From the IMG/VR virus record IMGVR_UViG_3300042465_004246, positions 1 to 61,010 of that record: DNA of 61,010 nt. One strand, 5' to 3'. Of the stretch, positions 7,072-16,001 are shown piece by piece. The notes beneath the pieces are model-generated. The model ran no database searches, was not told the origin of the DNA, and saw only the letters and a list, made by a program, of their open reading frames with translations. Origin of the DNA: a virus. Taxonomy: Duplodnaviria > Caudoviricetes. The translations under genes were made by a program, and so were the position numbers. Within the stretch, counting starts at the first letter, position 1, and every line of letters begins with the position of its first letter.

Positions 7072-7306
7072 GTACATCCAATCGTTAGACGTTGTCGAAA
7101 AATACCACAGACAAATCAAGAAGCGTATGCTAGTAAATGAATGGCTGTGCAAGAATGCAGTAAGCAGAAGACTTCACAACGTATTAATGAGGCTACCTCA
7201 CCTATACATTGATGACGTGACACCTGACGACATAATCAAGTCAAAGGGTGGCGGAATAAAGTCATTCAATGAATTCAAGTCTATATATGCAAGCGGTGTA
7301 AGATAA
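7043..7306 (+). CDS. Protein with RNA polymerase alpha-CTD-like (HhH) domain
   Basis: VSRRLHNVL...IDDVTPDDIIKSKGGGIKSFNEFK resembles alpha-CTD LSVR..NCL...DLLK..NLG.KSL.EI. Confidence 0.6.
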   Translation: MLKTKVTRDEYIQSLDVVEKYHRQIKKRMLVNEWLCKNAVSRRLHNVLMRLPHLYIDDVTPDDIIKSKGGGIKSFNEFKSIYASGVR

Positions 7307-7460
7307 TAACGCCTATGATACCAATAGCAATTCTCGTAGTAATAATTTTATTACTCAGAGCAGATTTAATTTACTCAACACTTAGTGCGATAATATTATT
7401 TCCGATAACATTATTCTGCTGTGCTTGGGCTTTTTTTAACTTACTAAAACTTTTTTACGA

Positions 7461-7856
7461 ATGAAAAAAATAATCTTTACGATAGCTGTGATGCTATCGA
7501 TCAACGCAAATTCTCAGACCCTTGGACTAGAAAGATTCAAGAGATCGGAGGGCAACATGAAGTACATCTTGTTTAATAATTTACAAGACGCACTAGACAC
7601 CTACAAGCAAGTAGTTGAGGACAACGGGTTCTTTTACAAGGACGCTATGTACGAGCTCACGTATGACGAGGAGGTGCTATTGTCTTATACAATTACAAAT
7701 GAGAACGATGCGTGCATGTTTTTTATTGCAACCCGTCCCACGGGAGGTTACATCTTAGAGGTGTACACCATACCAAACGACAAACAAATTGATGTTAGGG
7801 ACAGCAAAAGAAGTAACGGGGAATTTTTTACGTACCAATTTGACCCAGAAAAATGA
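7461..7856 (+). CDS. Exported protein with Sec signal peptide
   Basis: MKKIIFTIAVMLSINANS-Q, a typical Bacteroidota signal peptide followed by Gln. Confidence 0.75.
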   Translation: MKKIIFTIAVMLSINANSQTLGLERFKRSEGNMKYILFNNLQDALDTYKQVVEDNGFFYKDAMYELTYDEEVLLSYTITNENDACMFFIATRPTGGYILEVYTIPNDKQIDVRDSKRSNGEFFTYQFDPEK

Positions 7857-8245
7857 AAGCTTGGGAAGACGTAAGCAAGCCAAGTAGGTCTTTGTACCGC
7901 ACAGCATATAGCGAGTGGTACATCGACCGAGGGGTGAAGATAGAGAGATTCACCAAAGACGAAAGTGTTGTTGTCAAGAACACGATGACATACACGGACA
8001 GCTACGATGACATAACCCCTGAACAGCTACACATATTTGAAAATATGGGATGGGAAGCAGGGGTTGTCATGGTAAACATCCAAACCAACGACAATAGGAT
8101 TGAGTACTACAACGGCCTAATGAGACATGCAATAATAGACAATGACACTACACAGATAGACAATGTTCTACGAAAAAGAGAGGAATTGTTGAAAAAAAAT
8201 GTAGATTTTCGCTTGGAATTCAATAAATTATTATCAACTTTGTAA
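7853..8245 (+). CDS. Hypothetical protein (130 aa)
   Basis: ORF track; ATGA overlap. Confidence 0.75.
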   Translation: MKAWEDVSKPSRSLYRTAYSEWYIDRGVKIERFTKDESVVVKNTMTYTDSYDDITPEQLHIFENMGWEAGVVMVNIQTNDNRIEYYNGLMRHAIIDNDTTQIDNVLRKREELLKKNVDFRLEFNKLLSTL

Positions 8246-8256
8246 AAAAATCAAAT

Positions 8257-8739
8257 ATGTCACACTGGAGAAATTTAATGAAGGACAACAAGTACCTAGG
8301 AAGTTGGGACTTAGAAGTCAACGGGAAGTACGAGCCCACTATCGTAACAATTGAGAAGATATACCAAGACGTAATGTTTGGTGAGATGGGCAAGGAGGAC
8401 AAGGTGTTCATCAAGCTAAAGGAATTTGAGAAGAGCATGGTCTCTAACAGAACGAATTTCAAGAGGTTGGAGACATTCTTCAATTCATTCAACCCTGACG
8501 ACTACACCTCCAAGCAGATAGTATTGTCTGTCGAAAAGGTAAAGAGTCCTCAAGGCATGGTTGACGCACTGAGATTCAGCACACGACCACTACCAAAAAA
8601 GGAGCTACCATCACTACCTGATGAGAAGCTACCCGTAGCTGTTGAGTCTGTGAAGTCTGGTCGTACTACCATCGAGAAGATTCAGAAGCAGTACACACTG
8701 ACGGCTGATCAAATTAAAATGTTTACAAATGAAGATTAG
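8257..8739 (+). CDS. Putative ssDNA-annealing/recombination protein
   Basis: THW/SHW-type N-terminus with YLGSWDL; sits before the exonuclease and SSB. Function inferred from context. Confidence 0.55.
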   Translation: MSHWRNLMKDNKYLGSWDLEVNGKYEPTIVTIEKIYQDVMFGEMGKEDKVFIKLKEFEKSMVSNRTNFKRLETFFNSFNPDDYTSKQIVLSVEKVKSPQGMVDALRFSTRPLPKKELPSLPDEKLPVAVESVKSGRTTIEKIQKQYTLTADQIKMFTNED

Positions 8740-9493
8740 GTCATCATCGTGCTCCCCGTTATTTATGGGGGACGATGGGTTGACTGACATACAGCAAGCC
8801 CAACTTGACGAACTGCTATCAAAGATTAAACTTACTGACGCTCAAGCAATTAAGCGTGACCACCTACAGCAAAAGTCTAACACTATTGAGCTGAGTAGGG
8901 GTGCAAAGACTCTTATCGAGGAGTACATCAATAGGGAGTACTACGGGTACACTGAATCATTTTCAAACCCTAAGACTCAAAAGGGATGGGACGTTGAGCA
9001 GGAGTCTATTGACATATACAATAGGATTTTCTTTACTAACTACCACAAACAAGCTGAGTTTGACAAGTACTACCACATATCTCATGGTATATCGGTTGGT
9101 CATCCTGACATTGTTGATTGTGAGAATAAGAAGATAATCGACATAAAGTCCTCTTGGTCGAAAAAGACTTTTCCCAAGACTATTGAGCAGGCCTACGACC
9201 CAAACTATGAGTGGCAGGTAAAACATTATCTCTATATTATGACTAAGATGACGGGAGATGACTGGAGACATGGCGAGGTAGCATTTATTCTTACCACTAC
9301 TCCTGAGGAGTTAAAGCCTGATTATGAGGACGATAGCCTACACTACATGGAGCACCTAGACGATAACTTGAGGGCCACTGTGTTTAGCGTTGAACTTACA
9401 GATAAAGATATTGTCAAGATGGACAAACGGTTAGCTACTGCCGAGAAGTATGCAATTTTTTATTCTAATTTATTAAAAAACAAAAATGTTTAA
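8729..9493 (+). CDS. YqaJ/lambda-exonuclease-like PD-(D/E)XK nuclease
   Basis: IRSSS, KG...E, GHPDIV...IDIKSSW, YEWQVKHY motifs. Confidence 0.85.
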   Translation: MKIRSSSCSPLFMGDDGLTDIQQAQLDELLSKIKLTDAQAIKRDHLQQKSNTIELSRGAKTLIEEYINREYYGYTESFSNPKTQKGWDVEQESIDIYNRIFFTNYHKQAEFDKYYHISHGISVGHPDIVDCENKKIIDIKSSWSKKTFPKTIEQAYDPNYEWQVKHYLYIMTKMTGDDWRHGEVAFILTTTPEELKPDYEDDSLHYMEHLDDNLRATVFSVELTDKDIVKMDKRLATAEKYAIFYSNLLKNKNV

Positions 9494-9821
9494 AATTAAA
9501 GGAACAATTAAGATGATTGGCGAGACGAATGTTATCAATGACAAGTTTCGCAAGCGTGATTTTGTACTAACATCTGAGGATGACATGTACCCACAACAAA
9601 TTTCATTTCAAGTGATGCAAGACAAGTGTGACGATTTGAATAACTTTAAGGGGGGTATGTCAGTCGAGGTGTCATTTAATTTGCGTGGTAGAGAGTGGAC
9701 AAGTCCAACTGGTGATGTGAAGTATTTCAATACACTTGAGGCTTGGAGAATTGAGACTGCACAAGAGAGTCCAACAGCTGTTGCACCAGAAGAGAAGGTC
9801 GAGGAGGACTTACCATTCTAA
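9486..9821 (+). CDS. DUF3127 single-stranded DNA-binding protein
   Basis: FRKRDFVL...YPQQISF...FNLRGREW...YFNTLEAWRI; acidic DLPF tail. Confidence 0.9.
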   Translation: MFKIKGTIKMIGETNVINDKFRKRDFVLTSEDDMYPQQISFQVMQDKCDDLNNFKGGMSVEVSFNLRGREWTSPTGDVKYFNTLEAWRIETAQESPTAVAPEEKVEEDLPF

Positions 9822-9997
9822 TGGAGTGGCTAGTATTTTACCTTTTGTTTTCAGGGATGTATACAATGGGTGTGTCATTTAAAAACCAAGCAAATTTATT
9901 TGAGTTCTTTATGCTTTTAGTCTTATCTATTATTACGGGTTGGATTTTAATGCCAGTACACATAGGAATGTGGATGGACTTAAACGATAAGTCATAG
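9821..9997 (+). CDS. Small two-TM membrane protein (58 aa)
   Basis: Manual translation MEWLVFYLLFSGMYTMG...; hydrophobic. Confidence 0.6.
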   Translation: MEWLVFYLLFSGMYTMGVSFKNQANLFEFFMLLVLSIITGWILMPVHIGMWMDLNDKS

Positions 9998-10046
9998 GTT
10001 CAGTTAGAGTTTCTGAGGTTAACCAACCATAATTGGAAAAAACTCT

Positions 10047-10081
10047 GGGTAGGTATCTTATGGGGTAGCCTACCCTTTTTT
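10047..10081 (+). terminator. Intrinsic terminator
   Basis: GGGTAGG...CCTACCC followed by TTTTTT. Confidence 0.75.
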
Positions 10082-10102
10082 AAAAATCTAAAATTTAATT
10101 AT

Positions 10103-10315
10103 ATGAAATGGGAATCAAGCTTTAGCCATGGCCAAGATAGTATTGTACATTCAGTAATAGAATCATTCAAAGAAAGATCGACATCTGGAATCAAAAAATA
10201 CAATACCACACTTGACAGAACAGACCTAAGTCCATTAGATTGGCTTACACACTTACAGGAGGAGCTGATGGATGCGACTCTTTACGTTGAACGTTTAAAA
10301 AAAGAAATCAAATGA
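10103..10315 (+). CDS. All-alpha NTP-pyrophosphatase-like (MazG-like) small protein
   Basis: R...GIKKY.TTL...WLTHLQEELMDATLY with EExxD. Confidence 0.55.
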   Translation: MKWESSFSHGQDSIVHSVIESFKERSTSGIKKYNTTLDRTDLSPLDWLTHLQEELMDATLYVERLKKEIK

Positions 10316-10515
10316 AAGAAATAATGAAGGGAAGAATTACTCAAGAGGTAAAAAGAAAAGAAAGAAGACAGGAGTATATTTCAGCCTTAATAGGAATAAT
10401 AATAGGATTATCATTTGGTCTAGTTGCTAGTGTTTTCATGTACAAGGACGCTGAGTCGTGCCATGAATTGCTAGAAGAAAATAGACTTTTAAAAGAATTA
10501 TTGTATAACAATTAA
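10312..10515 (+). CDS. Single-TM membrane protein
   Basis: Hydrophobic ALIGIIIGLSFGLVASVF. Confidence 0.7.
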   Translation: MKEIMKGRITQEVKRKERRQEYISALIGIIIGLSFGLVASVFMYKDAESCHELLEENRLLKELLYNN

Positions 10516-10526
10516 AACAAAACAAA

Positions 10527-10775
10527 ATGAAAAAAATAATGATGATTGTGGTAATAATAATTGCCACTTTAAGTTCTTGCACTAAGGAGGACATCACGTG
10601 TAACCCTACAACTTGTGGAGCTATAGTTAACGATGGTATAACAGATGGTTGTTATTGGTTAGAGATAGAGAATGATTGCTCAGGCAACAAGAAGAAGTTC
10701 TGCTTTGATCAAAGTGTATGGATGAATGCATACGTTGGCACTAACTTTTGTGTTACGGGTGTACAACCTTGGTAA
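10527..10775 (+). CDS. Small Cys-rich lipoprotein
   Basis: Lipobox LSS-C after a hydrophobic leader; six further Cys. Confidence 0.75.
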   Translation: MKKIMMIVVIIIATLSSCTKEDITCNPTTCGAIVNDGITDGCYWLEIENDCSGNKKKFCFDQSVWMNAYVGTNFCVTGVQPW

Positions 10776-10950
10776 ATTCTTATTGGTATGGATAAGCCAG
10801 AACTTGTCCATACCTTTTTGGATGGTAGGTCATGTACATCTTTCAACAAATGTATATGCTGATATCCATGAGATACTAATGTCCTGTGGCATGAATATTA
10901 TTGTAGCCATTGGATTTATAATAGACTACAAAAATTCCACCACTAAATAG
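10726..10950 (+). CDS. Membrane protein, start uncertain
   Basis: Two hydrophobic segments; overlaps the lipoprotein gene. Confidence 0.5.
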   Translation: MHTLALTFVLRVYNLGKFLLVWISQNLSIPFWMVGHVHLSTNVYADIHEILMSCGMNIIVAIGFIIDYKNSTTK

Positions 10951-11046
10951 CATAATGCTAAATAAAGTTTACAAAACCCATCATTTTTGTTAGTTATGCT
11001 TTACATAATAGGAATATTTCCGATTAACCTTTAAAAATTTAACAAC

Positions 11047-11424
11047 ATGAAACTAGAAGTATTTACAGAAATCTTAAATAGACTTAGGAAACAATCAGAC
11101 AAGGAACATGCATTGTATGTATTAGATATAGATACTATTAATTTCTCAGACAATTATACTTCAGTGATAAACATTTTATTAGAGGTGTACTATGGTAAAG
11201 ATGGAGCAGATTGGATTGGTTGGTATCTATGGGAGAGAGATCCTCTTGGAACAATTGACCAAGCAACTACTAATGACGGAAAGCCTATTTGTTATGATAT
11301 TCAGTCATTATGGGAAGAGGTAGAGCAGTGTAGGTTGGACAATACAAAAGAGTATGAGCTACCTGTCAAACTAACAGATGAGGAGAGGTTAGAAGTGCTA
11401 AAGATAATTGCAAAAGGAATGTAA
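11047..11424 (+). CDS. Hypothetical protein (125 aa)
   Basis: ORF track; DWIGWYLWE motif. Confidence 0.8.
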   Translation: MKLEVFTEILNRLRKQSDKEHALYVLDIDTINFSDNYTSVINILLEVYYGKDGADWIGWYLWERDPLGTIDQATTNDGKPICYDIQSLWEEVEQCRLDNTKEYELPVKLTDEERLEVLKIIAKGM

Positions 11425-11427
11425 TGT

Positions 11428-11502
11428 TTTTAACGGTTACAGCTATACATCAGTTTTTGTTTTTCACAAAACTTGCGTATAGGTGGTGTTATAAGCCGTT
11501 TT
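11428..11502 (+). mobile_element. attC-like imperfect palindrome (integron-type recombination site)
   Basis: TTTTAAC ... CTATAC ... AGTTTT ... AAAACT ... GTATAG ... GTTATAA: TAAC/GTTA ends with inner paired boxes. Confidence 0.6.
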
Positions 11503-11536
11503 AATTAAAATAATTTAATAAATAAAAATAAATAAT

Positions 11537-11908
11537 ATGCACACAATTAATGATTGTCCAAGATGCGGAAAAGATTTTATGTATCACCAAACTGACACAC
11601 ATCTTTTCAGAGATCTTAAATCAAATGAAGAAATTAAAAATGAATACCCGATACAAGATGAACAATGGGCGAGCCGAAGATGGAGTGCAGATAGAACTGA
11701 AAGTTGTGACCTATCTGGGGGATATGATGTAATTTGTCAAGACTGCGATGAAATAGAAAATATTGCCGAGTTTATCAAAGAAAAAGCTGAACATCGTGGA
11801 TGGGAAAATGCAGAGTATATGGCTGGTGATAAGTTTGGTGTTGATAAAACTTTAGAGGCTATTCACTGGCTCGATAAGAACGATGCATCTTCTCAAAATG
11901 GCTTATAA
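11537..11908 (+). CDS. Zn-binding hypothetical protein on a cassette-like segment
   Basis: CPRC...CQDC; flanked by a 14/15 inverted repeat (11488-11502 and 11895-11909). Confidence 0.8.
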   Translation: MHTINDCPRCGKDFMYHQTDTHLFRDLKSNEEIKNEYPIQDEQWASRRWSADRTESCDLSGGYDVICQDCDEIENIAEFIKEKAEHRGWENAEYMAGDKFGVDKTLEAIHWLDKNDASSQNGL

Positions 11909-12027
11909 CTAATGGCTAACCCTCATAACAACAAATAAATATAAATATAACTAATATGTTAGCTATTAATACCTATTTGCCCCAATTCTAGCTAATATAT
12001 GGGACAGTTTAATTAAATAAAAATGAT

Positions 12028-12240
12028 ATGAAACCAAAAAATAATTCTTCAGCCAGAATTGCTATGAAGGACATTTCAGAATATTTACATAATCAAGACA
12101 TAAAGATAGTTGATGAAAATCAAGATGTATGGATTGTAACGCCTTCAAGAATGCAAAATAAAGAAACAAGAAAATTAAATTCAAAATTGGGGTTGCACAA
12201 AATAAATAAATTTTGGATCAGGGCATCTCGTAATAAATAA
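12028..12240 (+). CDS. Hypothetical basic protein (70 aa)
   Basis: ORF track; AT-rich. Confidence 0.6.
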   Translation: MKPKNNSSARIAMKDISEYLHNQDIKIVDENQDVWIVTPSRMQNKETRKLNSKLGLHKINKFWIRASRNK

Positions 12241-12284
12241 ACTTATACTGTAAAACTAATAATTAACAAGTAAAACTTATAAAA

Positions 12285-12680
12285 ATGAGACAGATAGTAT
12301 ATAATTCAGTAAAATGCCTTGAGTGTAATGAGGTATTAGTAAGTAGACATAGGCATGACTATGTAACGTGTAGTTGCCCTAATGATGCTATGGCAGATGG
12401 TGGTAACGAGTATGGCAGGTATGGTGCAATGGACATGGAAAAGATTAAACTTTATTATGTTTATGAAGATGATGACTTTGAGGTTGTAAGACAACATGCA
12501 ACGAGAGGTAGCAGAGGTAAGGATGGTAAAGACCCACTAACTTGGATAGCTATTGCTGATATGGACGATGACTACCTAGAGGCAGTACTTGACTATGGTG
12601 GTGTTGATTGGCACCTTGATTTAATTAGGAAAGAGATAGCATATAGAGATAGTTTATTAACTAAAAAACTGGACAAATGA
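12285..12680 (+). CDS. Zn-binding phage protein (CxxC...HRHDY..CxC...DGG)
   Basis: Common phage motif KCLECNEVLVSRHRHDYVTCSC...DGG. Confidence 0.8.
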   Translation: MRQIVYNSVKCLECNEVLVSRHRHDYVTCSCPNDAMADGGNEYGRYGAMDMEKIKLYYVYEDDDFEVVRQHATRGSRGKDGKDPLTWIAIADMDDDYLEAVLDYGGVDWHLDLIRKEIAYRDSLLTKKLDK

Positions 12681-12910
12681 AGATGATACTAGAGTATGAT
12701 TGTGAAGAAGAGTCAGACGATGCAAGGACGGCCTTAGATGGATACAAGTGGAAAATGGCCATGTGGGAATTAGACCAACTTCTTAGAAGTGCAACAAAGC
12801 ATGGTTCCTTTGAAAGAAGAGAAGCTACATCTGAAGAGATGGACATGGCTGATAAGATAAGAGATGCTATAAGAGATATATTAAATGAACATAACTTAAA
12901 TTTAGACTAA
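12677..12910 (+). CDS. Hypothetical protein (77 aa)
   Basis: ORF track; ATGA overlap. Confidence 0.8.
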   Translation: MKMILEYDCEEESDDARTALDGYKWKMAMWELDQLLRSATKHGSFERREATSEEMDMADKIRDAIRDILNEHNLNLD

Positions 12911-12911
12911 G

Positions 12912-13103
12912 ATGACACAAGAAAAAGCAAATAATATTTTTGAAACAGAAATAGGGCAACAACTTTTATCTATATACTGCACCTCTGATGATAGAGCATT
13001 TATTAGATATGAAGAGGCACAAATACACACAAACAATATGATTAATTCAGTTGGTTCACAAGAATTTATAGATACAACCATAACAGAATGGTTTCCAGAA
13101 TAA
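12912..13103 (+). CDS. Hypothetical protein (63 aa)
   Basis: ORF track. Confidence 0.7.
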   Translation: MTQEKANNIFETEIGQQLLSIYCTSDDRAFIRYEEAQIHTNNMINSVGSQEFIDTTITEWFPE

Positions 13104-13121
13104 ACACTAAAATAAAATAAC

Positions 13122-13373
13122 ATGAAGAAAGTAGTTTGTATTAATGACAGAAAATTGCCAGAGGGGGCAGAGGTTGTGAATGGTAGGGAGTACCGGGTCA
13201 TCAATGAATTTATAAATTCTTATGACCAGAGGGTGTTTATTATATCTGGAATAAGGAACAAAGGAACTACTAAAAATGGTTTAATGTGGCATGGATACTC
13301 CTCAAGCCGATTTGCCGATTTGGATTTACTATCGATTGGTATTGGAGAATATAGTGAAGAATTGTCTAATTAA
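13122..13373 (+). CDS. Hypothetical protein (83 aa)
   Basis: ORF track; KVVCIND...Y...RF pattern. Confidence 0.75.
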   Translation: MKKVVCINDRKLPEGAEVVNGREYRVINEFINSYDQRVFIISGIRNKGTTKNGLMWHGYSSSRFADLDLLSIGIGEYSEELSN

Positions 13374-13386
13374 TAAAATATAATAA

Positions 13387-15711
13387 ATGATAACATACTT
13401 TAAATCAATCAGTGATACATCTTCTCCATTCTACCGTGACATCAATGTTGCATTAGACAGGATAAGATCTGGCAAGTCAAAGGACATAGTTGAGTTAGTA
13501 AGGTCTGAGACAAACAAAGACATGCGTAACGAGAAGAAGAAGTTGTTGCCAGCGATATGTTTTTCTGGCACCTTCTCTAAGAGAGCAGACAACTCTATCG
13601 TTGATCATAGTGGATTTATTTGTTTAGACTTCGATGGCTTTGATGGAAACATAGAGGACAAAAGATTAGAGTTAATAAACGATAAGTATGTATACTCTGT
13701 CTTTACCTCTCCATCTGGTGATGGATTGAAGGCGTTGGTCCGCATACCAAAAGACCCTATGAACCATAAGAAATATTTTCTGTCACTACAGAAGCATTTC
13801 TTTTGTAAGGAGTTTGATGTGTCTTGCAAGAACATAAGCAGGGTGTGTTATGAATCCTATGACCCTGATATCCATGTTAATGAATTGTCTTTGGTTTGGT
13901 GTGAGATGGAGAAGGACCCAGAATACAAAAAGCCATTAGTAAAAACAATAACTATCGTAAACGAGGACGACATCACAAAGAGGCTGTCTATTTGGTGGGA
14001 GAAGAACTATGGCATGGTCAGTGGGTCGAGAAATAATAATCTATACATACTGGCCTCTGCACACAACGAGTATGGAATTTCAGAGTCGTTATCAACACTA
14101 GTCCTCATGTCTTATGACACTGCTGGTGATATGGCTAGAGAGATACCACAGATAGTATCTAGTGCATATCGGAACAAGGCATCATTCAATACTAAGTTCT
14201 TTGAGGATTCTGAAAAGATTTCCACTATTAAGAATAAGATACTAAATGGTACCCCAGCATCTGAGGTAGATGGGTCGGAATTCGTGACCATTGATGAAGA
14301 TGAATTTTGGACAAAATCTAGCAAGGGCAAGGTTGACTTGGTTCCACATTTATTTAGGCTGTACTTACAAAACAATGGATTCTATAAGTACTATCCAGTT
14401 GGATCAAACAACTTTGTCTTTGTTAGAGTTGTCAACAATACCATCAGCGATGTTAACGAGGACATGATAAAGGACTTTGTACTAGAGAAGTTGTTAGCTA
14501 TAGACGACATGTCTATATATAATTTCTTTGCTATGAACACGAAGTTTTTTCAAGAGACTTTCTTAAACTATGTTGCAAAGATTGAGCCTGAGTTTATGGT
14601 TGACACTCCTGACGAGGCTTACCTGTACTATCAGAACTGTGCAGTTAAGGTTACACGAGATGAGATATTTAGTATTGACTACAAAAAACTTACGGGCCAC
14701 GTTTGGGAGAAGCAAAAGATAAACAGGGACTTTAGTAAGTCAAGCGTTGTTGATTGTGAGTTTAGGGTGTTTATTAAAAATATTTCTGGCGACAACAATG
14801 AGCGTCTAAAGTCTATGGAGTCAACACTTGGCTACCTTATGCACAGCCACAAGCCAGCCAGCTACTCACCAGCGGTTATATTAAATGACGAGGTGATCAG
14901 CGATAATCCAGAGGGCGGTACTGGTAAGGGTATCTTTGTAAAGTCTATAAGCCACATGAAAAAGATGGTTATTATAGATGGCAAGGGATTCAGTTTTCAG
15001 AAGTCATTCCCATACCAAAGGGTGCAGGTAGACACGCAAACACTTGTCTTTGATGACGTTGCACGTAACTTTGACTTCGAGAAGTTGTTCTCTATCATTA
15101 CTGAGGGGATAACACTTGAGAAGAAGAACAAGGACGAGATACACATCCCATTTGAATATTCCCCAAAGATTGTTATAACGACAAACTATGCGATCAAGGG
15201 TGCAGGAAATTCATTTGAAAGAAGGAAGTGGGACCTTGAGTTCAAGCAGTACTACACCAAGTCCTTCACTCCTGAGAGTGAGTTTGGCCACATGCTATTC
15301 ACTGGATGGTCTGACGAGGAGTGGAACAATTTTGATAACTACATGATCCAAAACCTACAGTTCTATCTGTCTAGTGGACTATCTAGAAGCGAGTTTAAGA
15401 ATCTTGCTACAAGAAAGTTTATCGCTGAAACGTCTGGTGATTTCTGGGAATGGTGTACTGGTACTGACAACTACATGACAAGGCTAAACGCTGTGTCTTT
15501 AGGTCAGGAGCTTTACAATGACTTCTCTATGCAGTACCCAGACTGGGGTCAGTATGGAAAGTACAAGATATCCCACAACAAATTTTATAGGTGGATAGAC
15601 TGCTACGGAGATTTTGCGTTTGGTACCAAGCCTAACATATCAAGAAATGCACTTGGTAAGACGATAGAATTTATATTAAAGAAAGATGAAAATTTACTCT
15701 TAAACTTTTAA
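13387..15711 (+). CDS. Primase-helicase (BT4734/VirE-N-like primase domain plus SF3-like P-loop helicase)
   Basis: KKLLPAICFSGTF, HSGFICLDFD, FTSPSGDGLK; Walker A GGTGKG; Walker B VFDD; ITTN. Confidence 0.88.
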   Translation: MITYFKSISDTSSPFYRDINVALDRIRSGKSKDIVELVRSETNKDMRNEKKKLLPAICFSGTFSKRADNSIVDHSGFICLDFDGFDGNIEDKRLELINDKYVYSVFTSPSGDGLKALVRIPKDPMNHKKYFLSLQKHFFCKEFDVSCKNISRVCYESYDPDIHVNELSLVWCEMEKDPEYKKPLVKTITIVNEDDITKRLSIWWEKNYGMVSGSRNNNLYILASAHNEYGISESLSTLVLMSYDTAGDMAREIPQIVSSAYRNKASFNTKFFEDSEKISTIKNKILNGTPASEVDGSEFVTIDEDEFWTKSSKGKVDLVPHLFRLYLQNNGFYKYYPVGSNNFVFVRVVNNTISDVNEDMIKDFVLEKLLAIDDMSIYNFFAMNTKFFQETFLNYVAKIEPEFMVDTPDEAYLYYQNCAVKVTRDEIFSIDYKKLTGHVWEKQKINRDFSKSSVVDCEFRVFIKNISGDNNERLKSMESTLGYLMHSHKPASYSPAVILNDEVISDNPEGGTGKGIFVKSISHMKKMVIIDGKGFSFQKSFPYQRVQVDTQTLVFDDVARNFDFEKLFSIITEGITLEKKNKDEIHIPFEYSPKIVITTNYAIKGAGNSFERRKWDLEFKQYYTKSFTPESEFGHMLFTGWSDEEWNNFDNYMIQNLQFYLSSGLSRSEFKNLATRKFIAETSGDFWEWCTGTDNYMTRLNAVSLGQELYNDFSMQYPDWGQYGKYKISHNKFYRWIDCYGDFAFGTKPNISRNALGKTIEFILKKDENLLLNF

Positions 15712-15713
15712 CT

Positions 15714-16001
15714 ATGGAATACTCAAGTTTTATTATCAAGGAAAGATGGGAGATAACAAAGAAGTTATTTCAATTGTCTAGAAAAGATTCTAGACGCAGT
15801 AATGAATTGTCAAGTAGCTGTGACGACTATCGTGTTGCTTACGACTACATAACTGGAGCCTCTGATGTATTGCCCTACGTTCCATTAGACAGCCTTAGAG
15901 TTCTTAGAAGGAGCCTGTTAAAGCTGGACGAAAAGATCAACGCAGACACAATAGTTGAGGTAAAATACTGGATTCAAAAACTACAGGATGATGCTTCGTG
16001 A
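15714..16001 (+). CDS. Hypothetical protein (95 aa)
   Basis: ORF between the primase and helicase genes. Confidence 0.7.
   Translation: MEYSSFIIKERWEITKKLFQLSRKDSRRSNELSSSCDDYRVAYDYITGASDVLPYVPLDSLRVLRRSLLKLDEKINADTIVEVKYWIQKLQDDAS

Noticed and set aside
10006-10046. Second hammerhead (CTGAGG...GAAA inside AGAGTTT/AAACTCT)
   Set aside because: Core is not CUGANGA and there is no stem III or cleavage triplet; probably a simple hairpin before the terminator.
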